From positions 56,099 to 88,098 of the forward strand of contig JAVJSU010000072.1 of the NCBI GenBank assembly GCA_040219275.1: a DNA stretch of 32,000 nucleotides. Reading direction: 5' to 3'. Position numbers and translations under genes: made by a program. Below, in pieces: positions 1 to 9,094 of the stretch. The notes under the pieces were generated by a model, which worked only from the letters and a program-made list of their open reading frames with translations, was not told where the DNA came from and searched no databases. The stretch's first letter is position 1, and each line of letters opens with the position of its first letter. The stretch comes from Aggregatilineales bacterium (GTDB lineage Bacteria; Chloroflexota; Anaerolineae; Aggregatilineales; Phototrophicaceae).

Positions 1-527
1 TCGACCACCAGGCGCAAGGCAACACTCTGCACCCGTCCGGCAGACAAACGAGCATCCAGTGCCTTACACGCTAAGGGAGATACCAGATAACCCACCAGCC
101 GATCCACAATACGCCGTGCGCTCTGTGCTTCAACCAGTGCGACATCCAACACGCGCGGTTCGGCTAAAGCCGCTTTGACAGCTTCTTCTGTGATAGCATT
201 AAATGCCGCACGGTATATCGGCTTGCCGTTGAGCTTGCCAGCCAACTGTAAGAGATGCCATGCGATAGCTTCCCCTTCTCGATCTGGATCGGTTGCCAGA
301 TAGACTTCATCTGCCTCCCGCATGGCTTTCACCAACTTTTTGACCAGATTGCCTTTGCCCGGCAAGACCTGATATTGCGGACGGAAATCTGCCCCAACAT
401 CCACGCCCAGTTCGGTTTCGGGTAAATCACGAACATGACCGCGACAGGCTTCGACCTGCCAGCTCTCACCAAGAAATTTGCTAATAGAACGGGCTTTTTT
501 GGGCGATTCCACGATGAGCAGCTTCAT
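1..527 (-). CDS. Type IA DNA topoisomerase, N-terminal Toprim part (gene continues beyond the window start)
   Basis: My own reverse-strand translation from the ATG at 525-527 gives MKLLIVESPKKARSISKFLG...ATDPDREGEAIAWH...SAGRVQSVALRLVV. The Toprim acidic cluster and the SAGRVQS motif are typical of type IA enzymes. A GGAGG lies upstream of the ATG. The ORF is open at the window edge, so it is absent from the ORF track. Confidence 0.85.
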   Translation of the reverse strand, partial: MKLLIVESPKKARSISKFLGESWQVEACRGHVRDLPETELGVDVGADFRPQYQVLPGKGNLVKKLVKAMREADEVYLATDPDREGEAIAWHLLQLAGKLNGKPIYRAAFNAITEEAVKAALAEPRVLDVALVEAQSARRIVDRLVGYLVSPLACKALDARLSAGRVQSVALRLVV

Positions 528-745
528 ATGTTTTGTTCCTCCAGCCATTGGCTAATTGCCTTTTGATTGTTGAGTTGTTTTGTCAGTACCCGTAGCAGAT
601 GGCGCACCTGACGACGATCCTGTGCTTTGTTGCGCCAGTTCGCGCTCACGCAAGACCAGCCATAAGGGCCACTCTCGAAAAGCATGAAATGCCTGCTCCT
701 CGATTTGTTGCCAGGGATGTACGGTATCTTTCTTTGCCATGTCAT
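524..745 (-). CDS. Small hypothetical protein between the VirB4-like gene and the topoisomerase (frame uncertain)
   Basis: The 73-aa ORF has a TGA stop overlapping the topoisomerase ATG (ATGA). A competing 62-aa ORF (552-740) in another frame has the more protein-like N-terminus. See the frameshift finding. Confidence 0.3.
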   Translation of the reverse strand: MTWQRKIPYIPGNKSRSRHFMLFESGPYGWSCVSANWRNKAQDRRQVRHLLRVLTKQLNNQKAISQWLEEQNI

Positions 746-757
746 CTCACTCTCAAT

Positions 758-2872
758 TCATGTTGTGGCGAAGCGTGCCAGCTCGTTTGCCGTTGTTGTG
801 GATCGGCAATACCAGAGTCCTTCGTCTTGTATGTCCAGTACAAAGTGGAAACGCGGTAATGCCGCGATGATGTCCCGATGTTGCTGATTGAGGTGCTGAA
901 ATGCCGCATCCTCATGAAAGACATTCATGCCCTGTCGCTGACTGAAAACCACCCGAATCGGACTGTTTTCAAAGATCATTCGCGCCTTTGGCTCAAGGAA
1001 AACACTCATATTTTGATCGATACTAATCAGCTTTTTTCTGCGTGTGCGGAAGGTCTTCGCCGCTTCAATCAGGAAATCCAACAGGGACGGATGGCGCATC
1101 AGTCGATAAACCTCATCCACCGCGATAATGCGTGGCTGTTCATCAATCAGGCTGTCACGACGGATGGCACTCAAGACCTGTGTGTAAGCCAGCGCCTGTA
1201 GAATCGGATCGCTTTCTAACTCGTGGAAACTAAACACACGCGGACGAATCCAATCGCGTCCACCACGGGTCAAATCCACATTGGTGATCCCATTCAGGAA
1301 ACTCGCCCATGGACCCGAACCGGTACACAAACCCGCGATTTCATCTGCAAGATCACGCGCAATATGCCGTGTGGCATCTTTATCGCCTAAGCCAGAAAGC
1401 ACATCACAGACCACATCACAGGTCGGGGTAATCTCCGGTGTCACCTGATCCAGTTCAGGAAAGCCACGATAGAGCTTTTCGAGCGCCTCACCCAGCAAAC
1501 CACGCTCCAGATTCTGACGCTGACCACCTGACAGAGGACGACCCAGCACCGTTTCATAAATGCGGGTGCTATGACTGACCTGTTCAATCAGCGTTGGGAA
1601 CATCACATCCTGCGGATTGAGACGGGTTGCTTTGGCACTCATCACATACCACGGCAAACCAAAAGCATCGGCGATGTGTTTGCCATGCCCCATCGGTTCG
1701 AGTAGATCGAATGGAATGCCATTCTCAGCGAATTCACGGGTCAGATAGCAGTTGTTGGCGAAAGTCTTTCCGAAACCCGATGTACCCACCCAGATTTCAT
1801 GAGTCGCCCGTTTATCACGCCATGAATCATGGAAAACAGGATAAGACGCACCCACTGCTTCTCCACGCAACACACCCTCCGTAGCGGACAATTTGCGATA
1901 GCCTAAGGGTGAGAGCATCAATGCCAATTCACGCGACACCACCGGCCAGGTCGTATCCGGCAAGGCAATTTGTTTGCTACTTTTGGCAGCGAAAAAACCT
2001 AGACTACGTGCCAGCAACTCCCCTACTTCATGGCGTAAGCTGAACCAGGCTTTGGTCTCATGCACCACTGCCTGCACCCGCTCGCGCAGGGTTTCCAGAT
2101 CATCTGCCGCAATCGCAATGCTCAATTGCACCAGATGTAGTGCATCACCGGCATTGATTTCTTGAAGTGCTTTGCGACAGTCCGTAATGCGCTGCACACT
2201 ACGACTGTCCTCACCACTTGCACCCGACAGATGTACCTCGTAGGCTTGAATGATGCCTTCCAGCGCATCAATCGCACTGTTACGTTCATAGGTCTTCGGG
2301 ATATCCACCGACAAAGCCAGTGGGAAATTCAAGCGCAACAGCGGCGGCAATGGACGAAAGAAATTCCATGTAGATGGTGCGAACTCATAACTGTTGAGTA
2401 ATGCCCATAACGGACGACCACCAGGACGACCCACCGGAGCCAGATGCCAGAATGGTGTGTCCCGAATCTCATATTGACCCTCAAATAAAGCAGGCCACGC
2501 GCCTTCGATCACAGACGTATCAAATGACGACCCCATGCCGCCTGCCAGCGCCCGTGGATTTTGATCACTCCAGACCGCCATCCCACATAAGGCACGCTGA
2601 TATTCCGCGCTATCATCCAACTGCTCGTAGTAACGTCGATATTCCATCAGCAGTTGTGCGCGTTGCGGATCATCCGTCTCTTTTGCTGTCCGGCTGAGTT
2701 TGTTGATCTTCTCATCGAGCGTGGCAGGCATCTGCCAGCAGATAAAACGGGCAGGACTGTTCAATGTGCGTAACCAGGTGGCAAAACGTGCCTGCAACGA
2801 TGCAACCCCTTCTTCGGTGGCATGGAGCATGATGTCAAAGGGTTCAATCAGAAAGGTGTGTACCTTAGTCAT
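758..2872 (-). CDS. VirB4/TrbE/PrgJ-like conjugative transfer ATPase
   Basis: Walker A is WVGTSGFGKT and Walker B-like is RIIAVDEVYRL. The ~700-aa size fits VirB4. It lies directly downstream of a PrgI/VirB3-like membrane protein. I chose the start at ATG 2870-2872 (MTKVHTF), overlapping the upstream stop (ATGACTAA), rather than the 747-aa track ORF, whose first 43 aa look non-coding. Confidence 0.85.
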   Translation of the reverse strand: MTKVHTFLIEPFDIMLHATEEGVASLQARFATWLRTLNSPARFICWQMPATLDEKINKLSRTAKETDDPQRAQLLMEYRRYYEQLDDSAEYQRALCGMAVWSDQNPRALAGGMGSSFDTSVIEGAWPALFEGQYEIRDTPFWHLAPVGRPGGRPLWALLNSYEFAPSTWNFFRPLPPLLRLNFPLALSVDIPKTYERNSAIDALEGIIQAYEVHLSGASGEDSRSVQRITDCRKALQEINAGDALHLVQLSIAIAADDLETLRERVQAVVHETKAWFSLRHEVGELLARSLGFFAAKSSKQIALPDTTWPVVSRELALMLSPLGYRKLSATEGVLRGEAVGASYPVFHDSWRDKRATHEIWVGTSGFGKTFANNCYLTREFAENGIPFDLLEPMGHGKHIADAFGLPWYVMSAKATRLNPQDVMFPTLIEQVSHSTRIYETVLGRPLSGGQRQNLERGLLGEALEKLYRGFPELDQVTPEITPTCDVVCDVLSGLGDKDATRHIARDLADEIAGLCTGSGPWASFLNGITNVDLTRGGRDWIRPRVFSFHELESDPILQALAYTQVLSAIRRDSLIDEQPRIIAVDEVYRLMRHPSLLDFLIEAAKTFRTRRKKLISIDQNMSVFLEPKARMIFENSPIRVVFSQRQGMNVFHEDAAFQHLNQQHRDIIAALPRFHFVLDIQDEGLWYCRSTTTANELARFATT

Positions 2873-3332
2873 ATAAGCCCTCCTTGAGGGGTGCATCGAC
2901 AAACACCAGACCATCTTCCTCACCCGCATAAGCGAAGGTAATCCACTCCCGCAAATCAATGTCAATGTTGCCGGTGGGTGGCACAAATACCCGCGCCCCA
3001 TCCAGACGTACCAGTTCGGTAGGCAAATCCAGTATTTCGGTTAATTGACCCAGAGGACTGCGTGGAAAACGCACAGCGACCAAGAGCAAGGTGCCGCGCA
3101 AGCGATAGACCAGACGATTCCACAGCGGAATACCACCACGCAGTCCGGTTAGAATCACAATCGCCAGCGCAGTGATTACTGCTACCGGAATCGCCCAACC
3201 GGTGAGTACCAGATTGAAGATCGTATACGTTAGACCACCGCCAACACCTGCCAGCAACAGCCGCTTGAATGGAATACCAAACAAGCCTTTTTCGTCACGT
3301 AACAGCACATGAGATTTGAAGTCTGCCGCCAA
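2865..3332 (-). CDS. PrgI/VirB3-like small membrane protein of a T4SS
   Basis: 155 aa with two adjacent hydrophobic helices (LLLAGVGGGLTYTIFNLVL, WAIPVAVITALAIVILTGL). It sits immediately upstream of, and is translationally coupled to, the VirB4-like gene. TTG start with a GGAG about 9 nt upstream. Confidence 0.6.
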   Translation of the reverse strand: MAADFKSHVLLRDEKGLFGIPFKRLLLAGVGGGLTYTIFNLVLTGWAIPVAVITALAIVILTGLRGGIPLWNRLVYRLRGTLLLVAVRFPRSPLGQLTEILDLPTELVRLDGARVFVPPTGNIDIDLREWITFAYAGEEDGLVFVDAPLKEGLYD

Positions 3333-3448
3333 ATTTCATGTCTCCTTTTTGATCTAAGTCATAAGGTGAGGGCATCACAGGTGTGATGTTGCCCTACTGC
3401 GACGCGCCTCACCCATCGAACGAAACGGTTCTATCCTGAGATAGAGGA

Positions 3449-3688
3449 CTAAGGGAAAGTGATGAGCGTGGTGACGCTGGAGGCGAAGATGACGAAGAGC
3501 AAACCCACAACCACCTGATTGGCAGCTTTAGGATTATCCTTCTTCCAGTCCCCCACGATGGGCCATGAAGAACCCATATACATCACCCCTAGACCGATGA
3601 AGCCTATAACGGCGATCAACGGTGCGATGGTCTGTGCAGCGACCTGCACATCCCCAAAAAACTGTTCTATTGCGGTTGACAAATCCAA
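3449..3688 (-). CDS. Small two-TM membrane protein, VirB2/TrbC (pilin)-like topology
   Basis: 79 aa with two hydrophobic segments separated by a short polar loop (GDWKKDNPKAAN). It occupies the first position of the VirB3/VirB4-like gene string. Confidence 0.5.
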   Translation of the reverse strand: MDLSTAIEQFFGDVQVAAQTIAPLIAVIGFIGLGVMYMGSSWPIVGDWKKDNPKAANQVVVGLLFVIFASSVTTLITFP

Positions 3689-3889
3689 CGAAATTCCTCC
3701 TCGATATCGAGTGTTTCAGGAGATGAACGATTTATCAGGTTTCAAATAGCAGACAGGTCCTCTCGTCGTGCGCCATGACGCTGTATTTTCAGAGTGTGGG
3801 GTCATCCGGCACTTCGCAGAGAACCTCATCGCTACTGTCTTTCCTGACACTTTCAGCGTATCAAAATGACGTGGCTCAACCGTGCGAGG

Positions 3890-3920
3890 ATTTCAGTTTT
3901 CGGCTGTAAAATTTCATTCG
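3890..3920 (-). promoter_or_regulatory. Conserved upstream motif (copy 2), shared with 10388-10430
   Basis: ATTTCAGTTTT and GGCTGTAAAATTTCA are both identical to the segments at 10388-10407. The motif lies in the intergenic region upstream of the pilin-like gene. Confidence 0.35.
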
Positions 3921-3950
3921 GGCAATGAAAAATTTCGGAGATCAACATCC

Positions 3951-3993
3951 AATTAAAAAGCCCCCTGCTTCATTCCAGAAACAAGGGGGCTTT
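3951..3993 (-). terminator. Rho-independent terminator candidate after the 4016-5728 gene
   Basis: A 10-bp GC-rich stem (3957-3966 pairs with 3984-3993; AAGCCCCCT/AGGGGGCTT) is followed on the minus strand by a U-rich run. It starts about 20 nt after the stop codon. Confidence 0.55.
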
Positions 3994-4015
3994 ATATTGC
4001 AACACGGGATGTCGT

Positions 4016-5728
4016 CTAACGTGTCAATTGAATCGCAAAGCGATAACTTCCCACCTGAAGTGCTCCAAATGGCTCACCGCCCCAGTACCACACTAATGTC
4101 AAATCAACCGCTTGTTCGGGCTGTAAGGTAAAGGGCTGTAAACCTTCTGCGGGATTGCGCGGTCCGGGTGGATCAGGTGCATAGCCGAGAGCTAACCAGA
4201 TGTCATCTTGCGTTAAAGTAATGGGTGTCACCTGACCGTTATAAATCCGCAGTTGCGTGGTGATCTGACCCTCCAAACTGCTGACACTGACCAGACGCAC
4301 ATCCACGCCACCATAATCCAGATCCACTTCTGGCATTTCTAGTGCGAAGCGAAAAGAGACTGTCCCACCGCGACCATCCGAGATCAGCAAACGCCCACCC
4401 GTAAAGCCAACAGGCACGAGATAGTCCATCGAAACAGGTATCTGTGCCAGTGCCGGAATGTCGATGGGCAAGCCGCCATATGAAACATCCTCTTGTCTGT
4501 TGATAGCCGGTAAGTAGACCTGTCCGCCATCATCCAGCAACTCCAGCCGCCACGACCCGGTATCGACTGCCCTTTCACCCGCAATAACATCAAAGTCAAA
4601 TGTCAGAGATTGCTGACCAGAATTCCCCTCATCACGGGCGGATACCTGTCGCAACAGTACGCTCCCCGCATCACCCAATGTCAAACTCGAACCGACCTCA
4701 CCATCCTGCACAAGTCCGCTCAAACCAAGCACTTCACCGCTCCGTGAGAGTTCCTGTTCCGGCGGATAACTGGCGGTCACCAAGGTGCGCGTGCCTGTCG
4801 GCAAACCATCGCCATCGGTTTCACCAATCAAAAGCAGAACGAGTCCGGGTCCTACCTGACGGAAAATGCGCGTATCACTCCGCAGTACCTCGCTTTTTGC
4901 CGCAAATTCATAGCGCAAAATTGCGCCGGTATTCATGGTCAGATTGAAAACAGCACCCTCGCGCATTGCACTGAATAACTCAGCATTATCCTCCGACCAT
5001 GGAATGCCAATCACCGGACGTACCGACATGCCATTCACGAACGAGGCAATATCGGGATTCGGGTCAAAGTTCCACTGCGCCGCCCGGACTTCGCGTCGTT
5101 GTACCACCCAGACACGTGGCGCACCCCCATCGGCTAAAACCACCTGTAAATTGACGGGATAAGCTACTGCCCGATCTGCGTCACCATCGGTGATCACATC
5201 ATCCTGAGCTTCAAGCGCAAGGGGTGTGGGTGTTGGACTGACTTCAGGCGTGGGTGTTATGGAAGCCTCAACTGTCCCTTCTATCTCCATCTCCCCAGAT
5301 CCCCCACCACCGCTGAGGCGCAACAACATGAAAGCGACAAAAACAACGAGCAGCGCCCCTATTGCCAGCTTCATTTTAGGCGATGTTTGACCGCTACCCG
5401 CTTCCAGCCGATGATCCCCTAAATCAGGCATCTCATTGTCACGAGCGGCATCCTGCACCCGTTGGGGTGTGCGTGCCCAACGAGAACCCACCGGGACTAA
5501 GGCAGAATCCCTATATCGCTCCAACAACTCCGCCGCCACCCGTCGTTCCAGATCATCCGAACCAATCGCTCCAGCATTACGCACTTCCCGATCATAAGCC
5601 GACCGATAGGCACGCTGACGCTCAGTGGGCACCAACTCCCACAATGCTTGTAATTCTGCCAGAGAAAGTGCCTTTAGTTCGTCTATACGCTTATACTGCA
5701 ATTTCTCAATCACCCTGACCGCCTCCAA
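4016..5728 (-). CDS. Membrane-anchored T4SS-associated protein of unknown function (N-in, single TM, large external domain)
   Basis: 570 aa. It has a charged N-terminal ~115 aa, one TM (LAIGALLVVFVAFMLLRL), a Gly-rich then PTPTPEVSPTPTP linker, and a large beta-rich C-terminal region. It sits inside the conjugation operon and overlaps the upstream gene by 23 nt. Confidence 0.7.
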   Translation of the reverse strand: MEAVRVIEKLQYKRIDELKALSLAELQALWELVPTERQRAYRSAYDREVRNAGAIGSDDLERRVAAELLERYRDSALVPVGSRWARTPQRVQDAARDNEMPDLGDHRLEAGSGQTSPKMKLAIGALLVVFVAFMLLRLSGGGGSGEMEIEGTVEASITPTPEVSPTPTPLALEAQDDVITDGDADRAVAYPVNLQVVLADGGAPRVWVVQRREVRAAQWNFDPNPDIASFVNGMSVRPVIGIPWSEDNAELFSAMREGAVFNLTMNTGAILRYEFAAKSEVLRSDTRIFRQVGPGLVLLLIGETDGDGLPTGTRTLVTASYPPEQELSRSGEVLGLSGLVQDGEVGSSLTLGDAGSVLLRQVSARDEGNSGQQSLTFDFDVIAGERAVDTGSWRLELLDDGGQVYLPAINRQEDVSYGGLPIDIPALAQIPVSMDYLVPVGFTGGRLLISDGRGGTVSFRFALEMPEVDLDYGGVDVRLVSVSSLEGQITTQLRIYNGQVTPITLTQDDIWLALGYAPDPPGPRNPAEGLQPFTLQPEQAVDLTLVWYWGGEPFGALQVGSYRFAIQLTR

Positions 5729-8351
5729 TCACATTGCCGCTACCACCCAGTGAGGATTGTTTTTTCATCGCCGTCTCGTATTCATCATTCTTCGTCGCGG
5801 CTGACTGCACATTGACCTGTATGTTGGGATCAACCGTGATTGTCGGCTCTACCTTCACCTGTGCTGACGATTGTTCGGAGGGTACGCGCATAGCACCATA
5901 AGCAGTGATCTCCGGTGGCAACATTCTGGCACTGTGTTCTAATCCATCGACCTGATCGCGTGCCTTGAGCCATGAAACATTCTGGCTGGTCTGCACCTGC
6001 TTATCCAGTAGTTCACGGGTTTGAGGCTGCATCTTACCTTCCGGTGAAGATTGGACTTCGCGCACCACCTGTTCGGTTTGCTGCGGGCTTAATCCCATAC
6101 GGAGTGCCTGATCAACAAACAAGCCAAAACGCGCCAGATCACGCTGAATGGCTGAACCTGTGCCATCCTGCGGCTGGATGCCCATCACCTGCGCCAAACG
6201 TTCGCCGACCTGCAAGTGATTGATTCCATCGCTCGTCGCTTGACCTGTTTGCTGACGTTCGGCTTGCTCCTGTCCCACCACATCTGCCATGACACCCGCT
6301 ACATCCGCTGTACCTGAAACCCGCAACTGCCCGACCATCATTTGCATCTGTGCCGCCCGTGCCAATAAATCCGCACTGGCTTCCAGACGGGCAGCCACCT
6401 GTCCTAAATGGCTACTCTCACTGTCCTTGTTACTATCCTCATCAAGCAGCGCCGCCATCGGGGAGCTAATGCCCGTATTGGAACGCATCACATCCGAGAG
6501 ATGTTGTTCCATCTCCTCGCCCTGCATCTCCGCCGCATGGTCACTGCGTTGCTGACGACGTTCTTCTTGCAGATTATCTTCGCTATCCGTCGTTGGCATG
6601 GGTGACACTGAAGTCACCGGTGTAAACGTACCCATCCTACGACGTGAGGATGGGCTTATCGGCAACATCTCCCCGTTTTCATCCTCAATGAATTCGGGAT
6701 CAAGACCAGCGCGATTACGACGAGTTGCACCACGGGGAACCGTCCATTGATCCAGACCCTCACCTACTGCCGGAACCAGCATCGGACGACCGACGACCCG
6801 ACCCTGTTCATCGTATTCAGCGTTATCGGGATGGCGATCTGTGAGCAACTTCGCACCCACGATTGGACCCGTCACACGCCCGATCAAGGGCACATTCCCG
6901 ACCACCTGACGGGTGATACTGCCTTCGGTAAATTGTTCTGCCGCTTCACCCAGTGAGGTATTGCGAACGCCGGGCAGATAGGCCAGCGTCCGGGCCGCAC
7001 CACTTAAAGTGCGTGAACCCCCAAAACCGACACCTGCCGCCTGTGAAAGCGTTGCACCACTGCGAAGAGCCGTCATACCTGCCATCGCACCGGAACCCAT
7101 ACTGACTGTCGCGGCAGTTGCCATCGCACCTGCTCCTGCTGTGGCAATAGCTGCTGTTCCTGGACTGAGCATAACGCCACCGCTTGCTTGACCCATCGCA
7201 TTGAACAAACGGTTTAGGCTGTTCCAGACGGCTTTGACCCCTGACCACAGCACAATCAACATGAAAATCAGGCAGATTAAGCCGATGCCCAGCACAACCA
7301 TGCCATTACCAGCGGCTGTGCCTGCCAGAAAGAAAGCCACCACCAGTGACTGCACCATGGCAATCACCACTGTTTGCACAATCAGTTCAATCCACTGGTC
7401 AATGATGGATTTGGCAATCACTTCCGTTTTCTTGAAGAAAGCAAAGAGAATCGCCATGCTGAACGACAGAAAGGTGATACCCATTGCAATTGTAATCAGC
7501 AGATAGACCAGCTGCTCCACCACGCCAAAGATCACCAGCGGCCAGGCGGTCAGCATCCGCGCATGGGATGCCGTTCCCATCGAGATAGCCGCCGCCCGTT
7601 CCCCATCATCCATATCATCAAAATAATAAGGTGAGACGGTCACATCAAAGTAGGACTCATCAAAGAACCATTCCTGTGGCACACCGCTGATATAGTTGCC
7701 TGTGAAGGGATGTAAGAGATGTGCGGGGCATCCTGGCGAGTACAGAGGATATGGAAAGCCCATCACATCGGGACCATCTGCCCGCAGATAAGCCAATGCA
7801 ACATCTAAGCCATCAATCGCGCCAGCACCCGTCGCTCCTGGTAGATACACACCCAGATAATCACAGAGCGGACCCAGTGCCAGATCAGTAGATTGCACCT
7901 GATCCAGTGAACCAAAGGTTGCTCCCATATTGTCCTGCAATCCCTGAAGCGTAGACACATAAAAGCCCTGTGCTATCGAAGTCCGGAAGTCATTCATGCC
8001 CGTGTAGAGTGCAGGTCCCAGCGCAAAAAACAGCGCACCTGCTACATACCAGGTAATGGCACTACGGAAATTAACCACTTCCAGTCGAACCAGCGCCGCC
8101 AGCATGTAGGTCAGCCCCAGAATCAACAAAGCGATGATGAAGGCAAAGCTTACCGCCACATTCAGACTGGCATTGGTTTGCTGAATGAGGGGTGCAAAAG
8201 CCTGTTCAATCAGCCACTGATTGATCGTCTCAATGGTATGCCCCATCAAGATCAGACCGCGCATTAAGCTCCAGTGCAGTTCTGCCAGACTTAAAATGAT
8301 GTTGTAGTAAAAGGTGTCGATGGCGCGTTTCAAATCACCAATGACATTCAT
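5706..8351 (-). CDS. Polytopic membrane protein, VirB6/TrbL/TcpH-like candidate with a long low-complexity C-terminal tail
   Basis: 881 aa. The N-terminal ~480 aa hold many hydrophobic helices. The C-terminal ~400 aa are polar, Q/E/S-rich and lack TM segments. The position in the T4SS operon supports the call; the function is inferred from topology only. Confidence 0.6.
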   Translation of the reverse strand: MNVIGDLKRAIDTFYYNIILSLAELHWSLMRGLILMGHTIETINQWLIEQAFAPLIQQTNASLNVAVSFAFIIALLILGLTYMLAALVRLEVVNFRSAITWYVAGALFFALGPALYTGMNDFRTSIAQGFYVSTLQGLQDNMGATFGSLDQVQSTDLALGPLCDYLGVYLPGATGAGAIDGLDVALAYLRADGPDVMGFPYPLYSPGCPAHLLHPFTGNYISGVPQEWFFDESYFDVTVSPYYFDDMDDGERAAAISMGTASHARMLTAWPLVIFGVVEQLVYLLITIAMGITFLSFSMAILFAFFKKTEVIAKSIIDQWIELIVQTVVIAMVQSLVVAFFLAGTAAGNGMVVLGIGLICLIFMLIVLWSGVKAVWNSLNRLFNAMGQASGGVMLSPGTAAIATAGAGAMATAATVSMGSGAMAGMTALRSGATLSQAAGVGFGGSRTLSGAARTLAYLPGVRNTSLGEAAEQFTEGSITRQVVGNVPLIGRVTGPIVGAKLLTDRHPDNAEYDEQGRVVGRPMLVPAVGEGLDQWTVPRGATRRNRAGLDPEFIEDENGEMLPISPSSRRRMGTFTPVTSVSPMPTTDSEDNLQEERRQQRSDHAAEMQGEEMEQHLSDVMRSNTGISSPMAALLDEDSNKDSESSHLGQVAARLEASADLLARAAQMQMMVGQLRVSGTADVAGVMADVVGQEQAERQQTGQATSDGINHLQVGERLAQVMGIQPQDGTGSAIQRDLARFGLFVDQALRMGLSPQQTEQVVREVQSSPEGKMQPQTRELLDKQVQTSQNVSWLKARDQVDGLEHSARMLPPEITAYGAMRVPSEQSSAQVKVEPTITVDPNIQVNVQSAATKNDEYETAMKKQSSLGGSGNVIGGGQGD

Positions 8352-8366
8352 ATTTGCACCTCCACT

Positions 8367-9080
8367 TTAAGGCTCGCTGATGTCGCCTACACAATACGGG
8401 TTGGTCTGGTTCGTCCAGTTCATCACGGCACTGCCCTCACTGACAGTCGGATCCAGCTGAAATGTGAAGCGTGCCGCCTGCCCTGCCGGACTAAAAGCAG
8501 CAAAACGAAAAACGCGCAACTCACCTGAATTCAGCGTGTAGGCATCCTCATCCAATGTCACGCCAGCTTCATCTGCCGCCTCACGGGTAGCGGGCCATAC
8601 CCCATTTACACTGACATAAGCCGTGTTGATTTCACTCAAAAACATCTGGGCAGTCGGAAAAATCTCGTAGTCGGCTGTACCGATATTCTTGACCTCCAAT
8701 TGCCAGGTGGTGATGTTACGGGCATCGCCATTGGTATCCGGCGACGCTGGATAGCTCATGATATTTTGTAAGCGGAAACGCACCCCATTCTCACTGCTGG
8801 ATGACCCGACAAAGATTGCATCACCGACATAAAAATCGGCGGGTGGCAGGATGATATAGGGTGTGGGTGGTGGCGCGAGTGTCGGCATCGCTGTTCCAGC
8901 CAACACCGTTGCTGTGGCTTGTGGGATGGGCGTGGGACAGGTATAGGCGGGCGAGCCCATTAAAGCCGTTCCCGCACAGGCTAAGATGGCAAAAATCATG
9001 AAGATGGGGATCACCAGCACATAAATTGAGCGCAATAACATCGTGCGCTGTACTTCTTTCAGGGATGGGTTGTTCTTCAT
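8367..9080 (-). CDS. Secreted or lipoprotein-like protein, unknown function
   Basis: 237 aa with an N-terminal TM/signal ending in FAILAC AG (lipobox-like), a Pro/Thr-rich linker and a beta-rich domain. Confidence 0.6.
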   Translation of the reverse strand: MKNNPSLKEVQRTMLLRSIYVLVIPIFMIFAILACAGTALMGSPAYTCPTPIPQATATVLAGTAMPTLAPPPTPYIILPPADFYVGDAIFVGSSSSENGVRFRLQNIMSYPASPDTNGDARNITTWQLEVKNIGTADYEIFPTAQMFLSEINTAYVSVNGVWPATREAADEAGVTLDEDAYTLNSGELRVFRFAAFSPAGQAARFTFQLDPTVSEGSAVMNWTNQTNPYCVGDISEP

Positions 9081-9094
9081 CTGACCTCACTCAT

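Noticed and set aside
2873-3001. N-terminal extensions of track ORFs: VirB4-like to 3001, secreted protein to 10372, LuxR regulator to 11205, integrase to 30944.
   Set aside because: The extensions translate to non-protein-like sequence and overlap upstream genes or hairpins. Internal ATGs with a better RBS or operon-coupling context give products that begin at the expected family N-termini.
3360-3400. A hairpin (GGGCATCACA...TGTGATG-TTG-CCC) between the pilin-like and PrgI-like genes, considered as a terminator or attenuator.
   Set aside because: The stem is interrupted by a 3-nt bulge, and no U-run follows on the minus strand. It is not strong enough to annotate, though it might modulate the pilin-to-downstream expression ratio.
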